DNA of 64,000 bases from Octopus vulgaris (GCA_951406725.2 OX597816.1:87234001-87298000); one strand, 5' to 3'; positions 40,977-53,092 are shown, counted from the stretch's first letter. Notes: generated by a model from the sequence alone, not told the origin. Program-made: numbers and translations.

Positions 40977-41867
40977 ACAAAACTTACTTGGAGGAGATGA
41001 AACGAAACGAAAACGAATCGAATCGACGCGAGGGCGCTCAGTCATACAATAGTGTAATAAATAAAATATATGCATACATACATATATGTACGTACCTACA
41101 TCTACATGTATATATACATGCATATATAAATATATATACGTGAGTACAGGACACTACAAATAGACGTAGAACTCAACGAGAAACGAAAACGTAAAAACAA
41201 ATGTGGAAACGGACCTAAACGAAAAAAAACAGAGTACAAGACAAACTACACAAGGAAAAATCCCCTTCATCAGCTGTTCAACTCCAGCGTGTTTCGAAGG
41301 TTGGAGAGAACACGACTCGTGGAACTAGTCCTTCCTGCGAAGGAATTAAATAAAATTACTTCGCAGAGGGGTAAAAACGAGGAAAGTTAAACATGTGACA
41401 AAAAAACGATACAAATAAAATTACAAAATAAAAACAAAATAAAAATACAAAATAAAAATACAAAAAATAAAAATACAGAATAAAATTACAAGTACGAAAA
41501 ATACAGTACAAGAAATAAAACAAACAAGAAAACAGACAATGAGGGCCTTAATGCTGGCCTACACGAGGAAAGATTCTAAGTGCGCTAGAAGAACAGTGTT
41601 CACTGTTTGAATGCCAGCGGCGAAATGAAGCAACTCGCCCGGCTGTGAAAGAGATGAGGATGAGTGAGAGAGAGAGAGAGGAAGACAAGCGGCTGTGAGA
41701 GAGAGAGGAGGAGGAGTGAGAGAGAGAGAGAGCGAGATAGGGAAGGAAAAGAAGGTCAAGCAAAGAGTTGTAGAGTTTCGCGTCACAAAACTTACTTGGA
41801 GGAGATGAAACGAAACGAAAACGAATTGAATCGACGCGAGGGCGCTCAGTCATACAATAGTGTAATA
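40977..41867 (-). mobile_element. Non-coding retrozyme/Penelope-like element, 808-bp unit with an 83-bp terminal direct repeat
   Basis: 40977-41059 repeats at 41785-41867 with one mismatch. Contains rearranged hammerhead copy 4. Confidence 0.75.
41259..41347 (-). ncRNA. Rearranged hammerhead, copy 4 (divergent family); predicted cut after 41309
   Basis: AAUUCCUU-CGCAG-GAAGG-ACU-AGUUCCA-CGAGU-CGUGU-U-CUCUCC-AA-CCUUC-GAA-ACACG-C-UGGAGUU-GAACAG-CUGAUGA-AGGGGAUU. Same strand order as copies 1-3; stem I has two mismatches. Confidence 0.6.
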
Positions 41868-42243
41868 CTCTCTCTTTACTCTTTTACTTGTTTCAGTCAT
41901 TTGACTGCGGCCATGCTGGAGCACCGCCTTTAGTCCGGGACTTATTCTTTGTAAGCCCAGTACTTATTCTATCGGTCTCTTTTGCCGAACCGCTAAGTGA
42001 CGGGGACGTAAACACACCAGCATCGGTTGTCAAGCAATGCTAGGGGGACAAACACAGGCACACAAACATATACGCACACACTTATATATATATACATATA
42101 TACGACAGGCTTCTTTCAGTTTCGATCTACCAAATCCACTCACAAGGCATTGGTCGGCCCGGGGCTATAGCAGAAGACACTTGGCCAAGATGCCACGCAG
42201 TGGGACTGAACCCGGAACCATGTGGTTGGTTAGCAAGCTACTT

Positions 42244-44462
42244 TATTTCAAAACATTTGCCATAAAGGCAGTACACAGATTAAGTTAGCTTTGCGGGCTG
42301 GACGAGGACATTAATGAAGTGAATGATAATGAAAGAAAGATGATAAGGATGGGAGAAGACAAAAAGCGCCCGCCGACTTTCGCTTCTCTAAAACATTGTT
42401 CTTTTTAAAGATAAACACAAAACGAGGTATTAACCTCTTACAATTTTTCCAATTTTTGGACTTAGCAGTCCATTATTACAAAACGTATTAAACCTCTTAC
42501 AATTTTCAATTTTTGGACTTACGGTTCAATAATTACATATCGTCCTCGAAATAGCTTGTGCCCGCGCCCTCCACCATCAACCACGCCTCCCTCAGAACGT
42601 AATCAAGTTCCGAGTTTGCGTCGCCCGGGACCAAGTTATAATCTTCATTGAGCTCCTTTAGCCCAAGCGTCACGTCGAACGCCACGGCCTCCACAGCTAC
42701 CTGCGGAGGCCATTCGGGGTCCTGTGTGAAGGCTAAAGGTGCTCCCTTGTGGTGCTCTTCCATCACCTTTTCAATTTCGCCTCCTCTATAGAAGAGGACC
42801 AATACGTTCAGTTCTTTCGTTGGCGGCACAGTTCCCGCCAACGGTATTCCTTCTCTTGTCGGTGGCACAACCCCAACCGACGTAGTTCCGGGACATTCCG
42901 GTGCTATGTCACTGACAGCCGGCAATGTCCCGTTTTTCTTCCTCTTTTTCTTTTTTTTTCCCTTTTCAACTGAGGGAGGGTGCGTCTCCTCCGTGGCCGG
43001 AAGATTCGCCTTCCTCTCCTCATCCCTATTATCCTTTGGTGAACACCCATTGTTGCTCACCTTCCTCTTTCGGCCTCTGTTTGAGGAGTCCTCTGCTTTC
43101 TCGGCCGTTATCATTCCCTCTTCTAGAGGGGTTTTACTTAACTGTTCCGGGATCCTATTTTGTTCCCGGGGACAGTTCTTCTTTATGTGGCCGGACTCCA
43201 AGCACCGATGACACTTAGGGGGGCGACCCTCAAGCATCACCGGGTACCTGCACCCGGCCATTTTCAAAAAATCTGGAAGAACCAGATTGGCTGATTGGGT
43301 CCACAGGGTCAAAATTGCTTTTGACCCAACCCAAGCAGCCGCAGGAAGAACTTTTACATTAAGGAGCTTAGTTTCGCAGCCACCCAGACCCGGCGGATAG
43401 TCTCCTCTATCCACTCGGGTTCTATGTCGGGTGGCAGCCCGCAGATCCAAGCTTTCATCAATTTCTTTTTTTTGTACGTGGGCAGGAATAAGATTTCCTT
43501 ACCCTCCAGGGGTTTGCTAGCAAATTTGCAAGCCTCCTCAGGGGTGTCAAATAGCAACCACGTCGTTGCATATTTGACACCCCTGGAAATGAATTTAATT
43601 GTTAGCAAATACTCTTCCAACTCCTTTTCAATTGCCGTCTTTTCGAATAGGGCGATGGTGTCGAGTGCCTTGGAGTAGGTTCTCAACACCACCGTCCTAT
43701 CTTCACGGTCTTTTAACCACTTTTTAGGTGGTATGATTTCCCACTCCAAAATTTTGTTATTTTTCATTGCCATGTTTTTTTTAAATATATTCAAATTAAA
43801 CTCAAAAAGCAAGAAGAAAAAAGTTCAAAAGTCCAAATAAAATTTGATAGATTTTTGAAAAAACAAAAAGGGGAAAGCACAACAGAAGGGAAGAAATCAA
43901 CGGAAAGTCGCAATAAAGAAAAAAAACAAAATGGGGGTTAAATGAAGTTCAAAAGAAAGTTAATAAACAGAAAAAACACAGCAAAAATATTCTGGCCTTG
44001 CGGTACTCCCGGCCTGGGTTGAACCTGGAACGCCGCAACTGCAACACAATCTCCACAAAAATGGGTCCGAAAGGTAATCCAATAGTGGCTTATTTTCTTG
44101 CGAAGTACTCTGACAAGGGAATAAATTCAACAAACCCAAACACAGCACTGGCTACCGCCAACGGTAATTTTAACAGTAACTGTATTGAATTCCGAGGATT
44201 CGCCCCTCCACTGTTTTTTCTTTTTTTTTTTCAATGAACACAAAAACGGCAGCCGCCGAGAGCAGGCGAAATTGTCTCAGAGTTGGACACAACTTACTGA
44301 AATAATAATTGGCACGCAATAAATTATGCCCAACTCACAATAAACAAAATCACTTACCTCGACAACTTTCCGTTTTTGGTCTTTTTTCTTTAATTGGACG
44401 GAGCTGGTTGACTCGCGTCCACTCTGGCTGAACAGGAAGCAACTGACTAACTGCGCATGTGC
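42244..44462 (-). mobile_element. ORF1-only non-LTR (L1/Tx1-like) retroelement with a 15-bp TSD
   Basis: TSD GTTAGCAAGCTACTT at 42229-42243 and 44463-44477. Single gag-like ORF, no EN/RT. The 3' end reads ...GAAATA(AA). Confidence 0.85.
42533..43773 (-). pseudogene. LINE ORF1p-like nucleic-acid-binding protein (~413 aa) with one frameshift near 43390
   Basis: ORFs 43354-43812 and 42533-43450 join with one added base (EETIRR/GLGGCE). CCHC knuckle CHRCLESGHIKKNC; basic KKKKKRKK tract. Confidence 0.8.
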
Positions 44463-44497
44463 GTTAGCAAGCTACTTACCACACAACCACTCCTGCG

Positions 44498-44554
<57 letters not shown>

Positions 44555-44620
44555 GCATGTATATGAATATATTGAAAGTTACGCAAATGCATTATCTGCA
44601 TATATATATGTACATATATA

Positions 44621-45132
44621 TCTATATATATAAAACTCTAGTTGTGTGAGTGTCTGTCCCCTTCGATTTAGATTCCTAACTCCTCCCACATTTTGCGGTG
44701 CAGTTTAACCAAATTCGGGTATCTTATAGTCGTGATTAATATCGAGCCCGTCTGGCTATTAGCGCGCGTCTACGATGAGTCTACGATTTTAAAAATAATT
44801 TAACATCATTTTTTATTCCATTTTAATGCATAATTTTTCGTGTGTCGATGGCAGCGGAGTTGGCGTCCATGGTCACACCTGCACCTGTTTGCTTCTCCCC
44901 CTTCTTCCCTCCCTCGTGAAGCTGTGGGGAAGGGAGTGTAAGGAAATCAACGTCGTAAAGCGTTGTCAAGGAGACCAGCGTTCTTTTAGAACAACGACTT
45001 CATGGCTTGAAGACACCAAAACAGAAATGGCTAAGAAAGCCTGAATTGGCATCTATAAGGGAAGTAACACTCTAAAAATGCTTATATAGTTATTTCCCTT
45101 ACAAACCCGAGCAACGCCGGGCGATACTGCTA

Positions 45133-45133
<1 letters not shown>
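44621..45133 (+). mobile_element. Non-autonomous Helitron (513 bp)
   Basis: 5' TC, 3' CTAG, subterminal GC hairpin CCCGAGCAACGCCGGG, inserted between A and T. A similar 3' hairpin remnant lies at ~5408-5433. Confidence 0.8.
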
Positions 45134-45186
<53 letters not shown>

Positions 45187-45228
45187 GCATGTATATGAAT
45201 ATATTGAAAGTTACGCAAATACATTATC

Positions 45229-45269
<41 letters not shown>

Positions 45270-45597
45270 GCATACATGCATGTATACATAGATGCAAACA
45301 TACATACATACGTGCGCACGTGTGTGTATGTGCGTGCTTGGACGCATTTTTGTGTATGTGTGCGTAGATACATTTCGTTTTTTAATATCTATTACTGGAG
45401 TCGAGGCTTCTGTTGTTGTTCTTATTCTTATTCTTCTTTTTTGTTGTCTTCGTCGTCGTACATAAGTACTTAAAACTATTCGACAAGCATGGTACATATC
45501 ACAAACTTATACTTGCTCGCGAGTGACGTTTGTTTGTATTCTAAATGTAGATATGTGTGTGTATGCATATATATATATATGTATGTGTATATGTATG

Positions 45598-45629
<32 letters not shown>

Positions 45630-45635
45630 TGTATG

Positions 45636-46153
45636 TACAAATATTCTATAATTATAAACATAATTATAATCAGGGGTTATCTAATTGCTTCGCCACGCAC
45701 CGAATTTAGAAATACGAGTTAAATACCTCCAAGACAGTAGCACACTTTTTTTATATAGGCAAAAAGAATAAATAATGAATCCACTCGACGCAGATTAGCT
45801 ACATACGCGTTTCGAAATTAAAGTAAAGTTATATTTACTTCCTTACTTTTCGTCTTCAGTGCGGTATTTCGAAATATAAATATGAGAGTGTTAGGATTAA
45901 ATATGTACGGAATCAAGCGACATCGCATAACCGACATTCAGTAACATTTCCAAAAATATACAGCCGAATGTGAACACGTATTTATCCTCAATACCCACGT
46001 GTGTGTTATGAGCACACGTGGACATCTTTATAGTAGTAGATATCTTTATGGTAGTAGAAAAGGCATTTAACTCCTATTTCTAAATTCTGTGCGTGCTGAA
46101 GCAATTAGCTGATCCCTGAAAATAATTATGTTTATAATTACAGAATATTTGTA
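45636..46153. mobile_element. Penelope-like non-coding element with ~93-bp inverted ends
   Basis: 45636-45728 is the imperfect reverse complement of 46061-46153. Contains a hammerhead. Confidence 0.7.
45799..45864 (-). ncRNA. Minimal type I hammerhead, canonical core
   Basis: GCA-CUGAAGA-C-GAAA..UUUC-GAAA-CGCG-UA-UGU. Palindromic ACGCGU stem III is typical of Penelope-linked HHRs. Confidence 0.7.
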
Positions 46154-46817
46154 TAATTTTCTCTAAAAAGGTTATTTTAACATACCGAACTACTTGGTAA
46201 AATCATTAATTAATTAATTTTACCCTTTTATTATTTTTGGAAATATATATGTATGTATATATATAATATATACGTATATATGTATATGTATGCATATATA
46301 TGTATATATATGCATATATATGTATATATATGTATATATATATATGTATGTGTACATATATGTATGCATATGTATGCATATGTATATATGTGTGTATATA
46401 TATATATATATATGTGTGTATGTGTGTGTGTGTATATATGTGTGTATATATATGTGTATGTATGTATATATATGTATATATATATACGTATATATATGTA
46501 TATATATATATATATGTGTACGTATATATATATGTATATATGTATATATATGAATATATGTATATATATGTATATATATATATGTATGTATATGTATATA
46601 TGTATGTATGTGTGTATATATATATGTATGTATGTGTGTATATATATATGTATATATATATATATGTGTATATATATGTATGTGTGTGCATATATTTATA
46701 TGTATGTTTGTATATATATGTGCGTGTGTGTATGTTTGAGTGAGTGTATATATATATGCATATATTTGTGTGTTTGCCTGTGTGTGTGTGTGTTTGCGTG
46801 TGTGTGTGTGTGTTTGA

Positions 46818-47188
46818 GGCGCAGGCGTGGCTATGTGGTAAGTAGCTTGCTTTCCAATCACATGGTTCCGGATTCAATCTCACTGCGTTGCACGTTAGGC
46901 GAGTGCCTTCTACTACAGCCTCGGGCCGACCAAAGCCTTGTGAGTGGATTTGGAAGACGGAAACTGAAAGAAGCCTATCGTATATACGTGTGTGTTTGTC
47001 CATGACTGCTTGGCAACCGGTGTCGGTGTGATTATGGGGTGTTTAGCGATTTGGGAAAACAGACCAACAGAATAAGTACTAAGCTTTAAATAAAAAGTCC
47101 TGGAATCGATTCATTCAACTAAAACCATTCAAGGCAGCGCTCTAGCATGGCCTCAGTCAAATTACTGAAATAAGTAAAAGAGTGAAAG
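46818..47188 (+). mobile_element. SINE family 1
   Basis: Matches 10825-11230. Confidence 0.88.
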
Positions 47189-47271
47189 AATGTATATATA
47201 CATATACATACATATCGCTCACAAAATTATTCAGATCACTCAACTTTTTGTTTGTGTTGAGTTTGATCTGC

Positions 47272-47369
<98 letters not shown>

Positions 47370-47434
47370 TATATACACATACATACACGTGTGTATGTAT
47401 GTATACTTATATATGTGTTAGAAGTGAATGTCTA

Positions 47435-47670
47435 GTGGCTTAGTGGTTACACTCATGTACTCACTTGTTTGTGTTGCGCTCGTGAACGTAATGTTGTGGT
47501 TTCGATGCGTTGTGTCTTTAGGCAAAGCACACTATTTCACGTAGTTTCAATCCACTCAGCCGACAAATGACGGACTGGCATCCCGACCAGGGGTTGGGGT
47601 AATATATACACCACAAGATGCGAGAAACAGGCCTCATGAGCCTATGGCTCGGGAAGGACCTTTGATCTTT
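47435..47670 (+). mobile_element. Degraded SINE family 3
   Basis: TGGCTTAGTGGTTA head; the 3' GAAACAGGCCTCATGAGCC resembles 3036-3060. Confidence 0.55.
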
Positions 47671-47785
47671 TATGAATGTGCGTGTACATTCTATATACGT
47701 GTATGTGTGTGTGTGTGCGTGTGTATTTGTATGTATATATGTGTCAAGTCACAGAGGACATGAATTCTTTAATTTTATAATTATA

Positions 47786-47855
47786 TTGAAGAGAATATAT
47801 TTTAACCTTCTATAATTCTATTGAAGAGAATATATTTTAACCTTCTATAATTCTA
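47786..47855. repeat. Perfect 35-bp tandem duplication
   Basis: TTGAAGAGAATATATTTTAACCTTCTATAATTCTA x2. Confidence 0.9.
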
Positions 47856-49897
47856 CAAATTTTGAAGTATAACCACTAAGAGAGAACATGTAGATCTTAC
47901 AGATGAAGGATCGTGATATTAATTAAGTTTGCTGTTGTCAGCTTCGCTGCTCTTTGAATTAATAATTTCTGAACGCCTGTCAAACTAACACGAATATGCA
48001 GATCAGTTCATCCTGTGTGAATTAAGACGGATCTTTAATATAGATGTGAGCTGTTTCTTGTCGTTATCATGATGTAAGTTTAAATTATCTGAAACACAGA
48101 CGAAATCTTAAAAGAAGCCCGAAATACATGCTGTTCGATATATTGCTAATGTAAATTTCCAGTTTCATTCAACAGCAAAATTATTGTTTTCTGTTACTAA
48201 ATTTTATTAAATAATATTACATATATCGGAAGAAACAGACTCGAATCTACTTCTCTCTATTATATATAATCTTGCTTAAATCCTTTCTTAATATGGTATT
48301 TGTAAATGCACAGGTTTCGAATGCTTTTCTTGATTCTTTGGAGTGGAGGTACATAATGTACTTCTTTCTATCAAAAAGCGGTAAGTCGCCCCTGTTTGCT
48401 GAACCATACGTTTTAGTATTATATGATGTTGTTCATGGATTTTAAAGTCACTATACATTACTACACATGCGTAATATCATGAACAGAATTTTCGTGGCAT
48501 AGATTTTGTTAACATTGCTGTTATTATATTGTCTATTTAGATTTATCAGTTTTATAATTCTTATTGCATTATTTGCTATGAACCTGGTGACGTTATGTAA
48601 TCTATATGAGAAGGAAGCTAACAGATTACATCCCTTCATCAGCGGTCAATATGTTATCAGAAGCTGCAGTACAATATTGAATTTAATTGAATAGCAAGGT
48701 TTTATAAAACTGATAAGAAGGAATCTGTAAGATCACAGTTCAGAAACTTGTTCTCAGTAGTGGACTATGATAGGGTATGGAAATTGTTGATAATGTTCGT
48801 ATCGCACTACTTAAAATGTTGCTGGGGTTACAAAAAGGATACAAGAAAATTAAAAAGAAGGGGACGATATCTAGACATTTCTTTTCATATCCAATTGTGG
48901 AGTCATGCTTAAAAATATCATGTGTAAGTCATCTTAGAAGATCTAAACTAAAAGTCCAACCAATGGAGAGAGATCACACAATATGAACTTTTTTCCTTGC
49001 ATTTCTATGCAGAATGAATTTAAGTTTACATGTTTTTCCAGTGATAATGGAAGTAATGCCAACCAGAAATTTCTGAGAAATCTTTGTCATAAGAAAAATA
49101 AGAATGATTTCAAATTTGTTCATTATTTACAGTGACGCATATTGGTACGTCATTTGGTAACTGTGCCAAAGAGTTCGAGAATAACTACACAAACATTACT
49201 TCTATCCAAAAATTAAGCTCACAAAATTTAAACATGGTTAACAAAACAGGTTTTTTTAACTAAAAACAAAAACATTACCAGCAACAGCTTACATCACGGG
49301 AGAGGCGTTACTGCATTGCAACATATATCCTAGCGAAATACAGGCTCTCATAGGTCTGCAAAATGCTCTCTTGATGTCTGCTGCTGAGAGCCACATACTG
49401 AACAAGAGCTTCCTGCACTCAGTATCTGGAACAAACTTCCGGAACCTGCAATCAGAATAATCTGAACCACCGGGATGCAAACTTTCAAAAGTTGAACGCG
49501 CAAATACCTCCCGTCACTTTCTTCCCTATAGACGCAGTCAATCGGTGATTGATCATTTGAAATGTTCTTTAAGTTCAAAAGTCCGATAAGATTATTGATC
49601 ACATATACATGTAATAAAAATACAAAGCTGCATGTTACTCACAAAAGTTTCATAAGTGCACCCGCATGTGTGTGTGTGTGTGTGTGTGTGTGAGTGTGCA
49701 TGTTTTGCGTGTATTTTGTTGTGTGTATGCAGGCATGTGTGTGTATGTTTGTGTATGTGTGTATGCAGATGTCAGTTTGGCTGGCAGATAGACATGTAAA
49801 GTAAATTCCATAGAGACTGTAGTTGATAAGCTAACGCTGTGAGCTGGGTTAGGTTTGCGGTTTGTAACAATGATTTTTTTTTTCTTTTCCATTACTA

Positions 49898-50285
49898 GGC
49901 GCAGGCGTGGCTGTGTGATAAAAAGCTTGCTTCCCAGCCACATGGTTCTGGGTTCAGTCCCACTGCACGGCACCTTGGGCAAGTGTCTTCTATTATAGCC
50001 TCGGGCTGACCAAAGCCTAGTGAGTGGATTTGGTAGACGGAAACTAATGTATGTGTGTGTATGTATGTGTGTGAGTATGTGTCTTTGTGTTTCTGTTTGT
50101 CTCCCACCACCACCACCACCACGCCGCTTGACAACCGCTGTGGATGTGTTTACGTCTCTGTTTCTTAGCGGTTTGGAGAACGATTGAATAAGTCCCAGGC
50201 TTTAAAAAAAGTCCCGGGGTCTATTTGTTCGTCGAAAAACCTTTCACAGCGGTGCCCCCAGTATGACCGCAATCAAATAACTTAA
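49898..50285 (+). mobile_element. SINE family 1
   Basis: Matches 10825-11230. Confidence 0.85.
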
Positions 50286-50378
50286 GTTTTATTTCAAGAT
50301 TCCTTGTCAATAGAGGAAGAGTCAGTTTCTAACCTAGATCCAAACCCTTTGGATCATTGGAATTTCAACATCAACAAG

Positions 50379-50551
50379 ACAGTTCAATATTTAAGAGATG
50401 AGGAATTATGTACATTATTTACATTAGACGGATATTTGTCCTCATCCTGTTTGTTGTTAACACAACGTTTCAGCTGATATACCCTCCAGCCTTCATCAGG
50501 TGTCCTGGGGAAATTTCGAACCTGGGTTCTCATTCCTAAGGTATTTTTCGA

Positions 50552-50603
<52 letters not shown>

Positions 50604-50988
50604 GTTATTATTATTGTTATTATTATTATTATTATTATGGTTATTATTATTATGGTTATTATTATTATTGTTATTATTATTAGTGTTATTATTATTATTG
50701 TCATTATTATTATTATTGTTATTATTATTATTATTGTTGTTGTTGTTGTTGTTGTTTTTATTGTTGTTGTTATTATTATTGTTGTTATTATTATTATTAT
50801 TATTGTTATTATTATTGTTATTATTGTTATCATTATTATTGTTATTATTATTATTAGTGTTATTATTATTATTGTCATTATTATTATTATTGTTATTATT
50901 ATTATTGTTATTATTATTATTGTCATTATTATTATTATTGTTATTATTATTATTGTTGTTGTTATTATTATTGTTGTTATTATTATTG

Positions 50989-51057
<69 letters not shown>

Positions 51058-51205
51058 TCACTGCTCGGGATCGAACTCGAAGTCTTGGGGTTAAGAGCGA
51101 AATTTCCTCAAGACACCTGATGAAGGCTGGATGGTACATCAGCCGAAACGTTGTGTTAACAGCAAACAAGATGAGGACATATATATCCGTCTAATGTAAA
51201 TAATG
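50379..51205 (-). mobile_element. Second copy of the tRNA/(AAT)n/hammerhead element, with an expanded ~500-bp (ATT/GTT) tract and a ~105-bp inverted arm
   Basis: 50379-50555 matches 22771-22955; B-box half of the head at 51053-51092; inverted arm 51098-51205. TSD AACATCAACAAG (50367-50378) / AACATCGACAAG (51206-51217). HHR at 50459-50504 on the minus strand. Confidence 0.85.
51112..51157 (+). ncRNA. Minimal type I hammerhead, intact core
   Basis: GACAC-CUGAUGA-A-GGCUG-GAUGGUACAU-CAGCC-GAAA-CG-UU-GUGUU. Confidence 0.75.
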
Positions 51206-51439
51206 AACATCGACAAGGCATGTTTGTATACATGCACATTTGTGTGCATTGTTTTATGTATGTATTCTCATGCATATACGAGGTCACGAGCCTAGACATG
51301 CTCATATATACTTAGATGATAAATTTCTGAAAAGGTTTGCTGATTTGTACAGTTCCAGTGATGGCTTGGATCTGTAGTCTTCGAATCAGCTTTCTCCTCT
51401 CTGGCTTTGAGAAACCTAATTTCTAAAGACTGGTATTTA

Positions 51440-51672
51440 GCGAGCTGGCAAAAACGTTAGCACGCCGGGCGACATGCGTAGCCGTATTTCTTTCGCCGTT
51501 ACGTTCTGAGTTCAAATTCCGCCGAGGTCCACTTTGCCTTTCATCCTTTCGGAGTCGATAAATTAAGTACCAGTTACGCACTGGAGTCGATATAATCGAC
51601 TTAATACTTATGTCTGTCCTTGTTTGTCCTCTCTGTGTTTAGCCCCTTGTGGGTAGTAAAGAAATAGGTATT
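51440..51672 (+). mobile_element. SINE family 2
   Basis: Matches 56521-56755. Confidence 0.85.
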
Positions 51673-51890
51673 TAAGCAGTGTGTTACATATCCCAGCGCC
51701 CAATAATTATAGTTATAAATCTGAACTTATAACCTGGATAGAGTAACTGCAAATTTCCCAGTAGTTCAGTGTATGTATGCGTGTACGTATATTCTTCGGG
51801 TTTTAAAACTAACTTTCAACTGAACACTATTAATAAATTCTTTGAAGTGAGCGCTATTATTTTATTTCTATTTGTCACTGAAAAATATTG

Positions 51891-51959
<69 letters not shown>

Positions 51960-52546
51960 TAAATATCCCAGGCAAATATAAACTGTATTGAATATGATCT
52001 CATGGGTCGAGACGCTTGTATACACATGAATAAAGTATTAAATATATTAATCTTGTCGTTATTTGCTACTTTTTCATGATTTTTCGGTTTTTTTTTGTTT
52101 TTTGTTTTTTTGTTGTTTTTTTTTTTTTGCTTTCATATAAATAAACTTTGAGAAAAAAAATTACTGTTTCGACCTGAATAAAAAATGCCCGGATATTTTT
52201 TTTTCTCTTCTCTCACACACATTCTATCTCACACCAGCTTTCCTTCCCTCTCTTTTTCTATCTGTTACTCTTTTTCTCTAGCTATCGCTATCTCAGGCGT
52301 TGAAGCACGCATGCGCAGATACACCACGCGCACACATTTTATGCATATGCAAAATCAAGACCTTAACAATATAACCATCTAACCACACAAAACCCATCCC
52401 ATATACCTGCATAAACATATTCGATTAGATACACACAGACAAGAATATCACACACACACGCATAGACGCATACATACACCGCATGCATATGTGCACACAC
52501 GTACACAAATACACACATGCGTCTGCACGTGCACATGCACACATGC

Positions 52547-52588
<42 letters not shown>

Positions 52589-53016
52589 CGTGTGTATATG
52601 AGTATGTATGTGTACATGAATATATATATATATATATATACACAGAGACAGATACGTGTATATATATATATATATATGTATGTATCTGTTATATACATAT
52701 ATATTTGCATACATTCACACATACATACATGTATGCATCCATCCATACATAAATATATACTTACATACATACAAACATGCATATATATATATATATACTT
52801 ACATGCAAGCATACATACATACATACATACATACATACATACATACATACATACATACATACATACATACATACATAAGCAAGCACACATATATGAATCA
52901 GGGCTGTACAGTCATCCGATGAATGGCGTGTTGGTCGGAGGGTGGGAACTCAACGTTATGAAACTTCGCTTGCGGTTGTCATAAGATATATTATGACATT
53001 TCACAAACTGCAATCG

Positions 53017-53092
<76 letters not shown>

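Larger units (their letters stand above)
41870..44499 (-). mobile_element. SINE family 1 split by a 2.2-kb insertion (41870-42243 and 44463-44499)
   Basis: The SINE sequence resumes exactly after the duplicated GTTAGCAAGCTACTT. Confidence 0.9.

Noticed and set aside
46206-47005. Long ORFs rich in YI/HT/CV/LS repeats here and at 8.2, 12.4, 38, 52.4, 58.5 and 61 kb
   Set aside because: Translations of (TA)/(CA)/(GA)/(GATA) microsatellites that lack stop codons; no coding complexity.
50384-51194. 180-206-aa poly-Ile/Leu 'membrane protein' ORFs
   Set aside because: Produced by the (ATT/GTT)n tract inside a mobile element.
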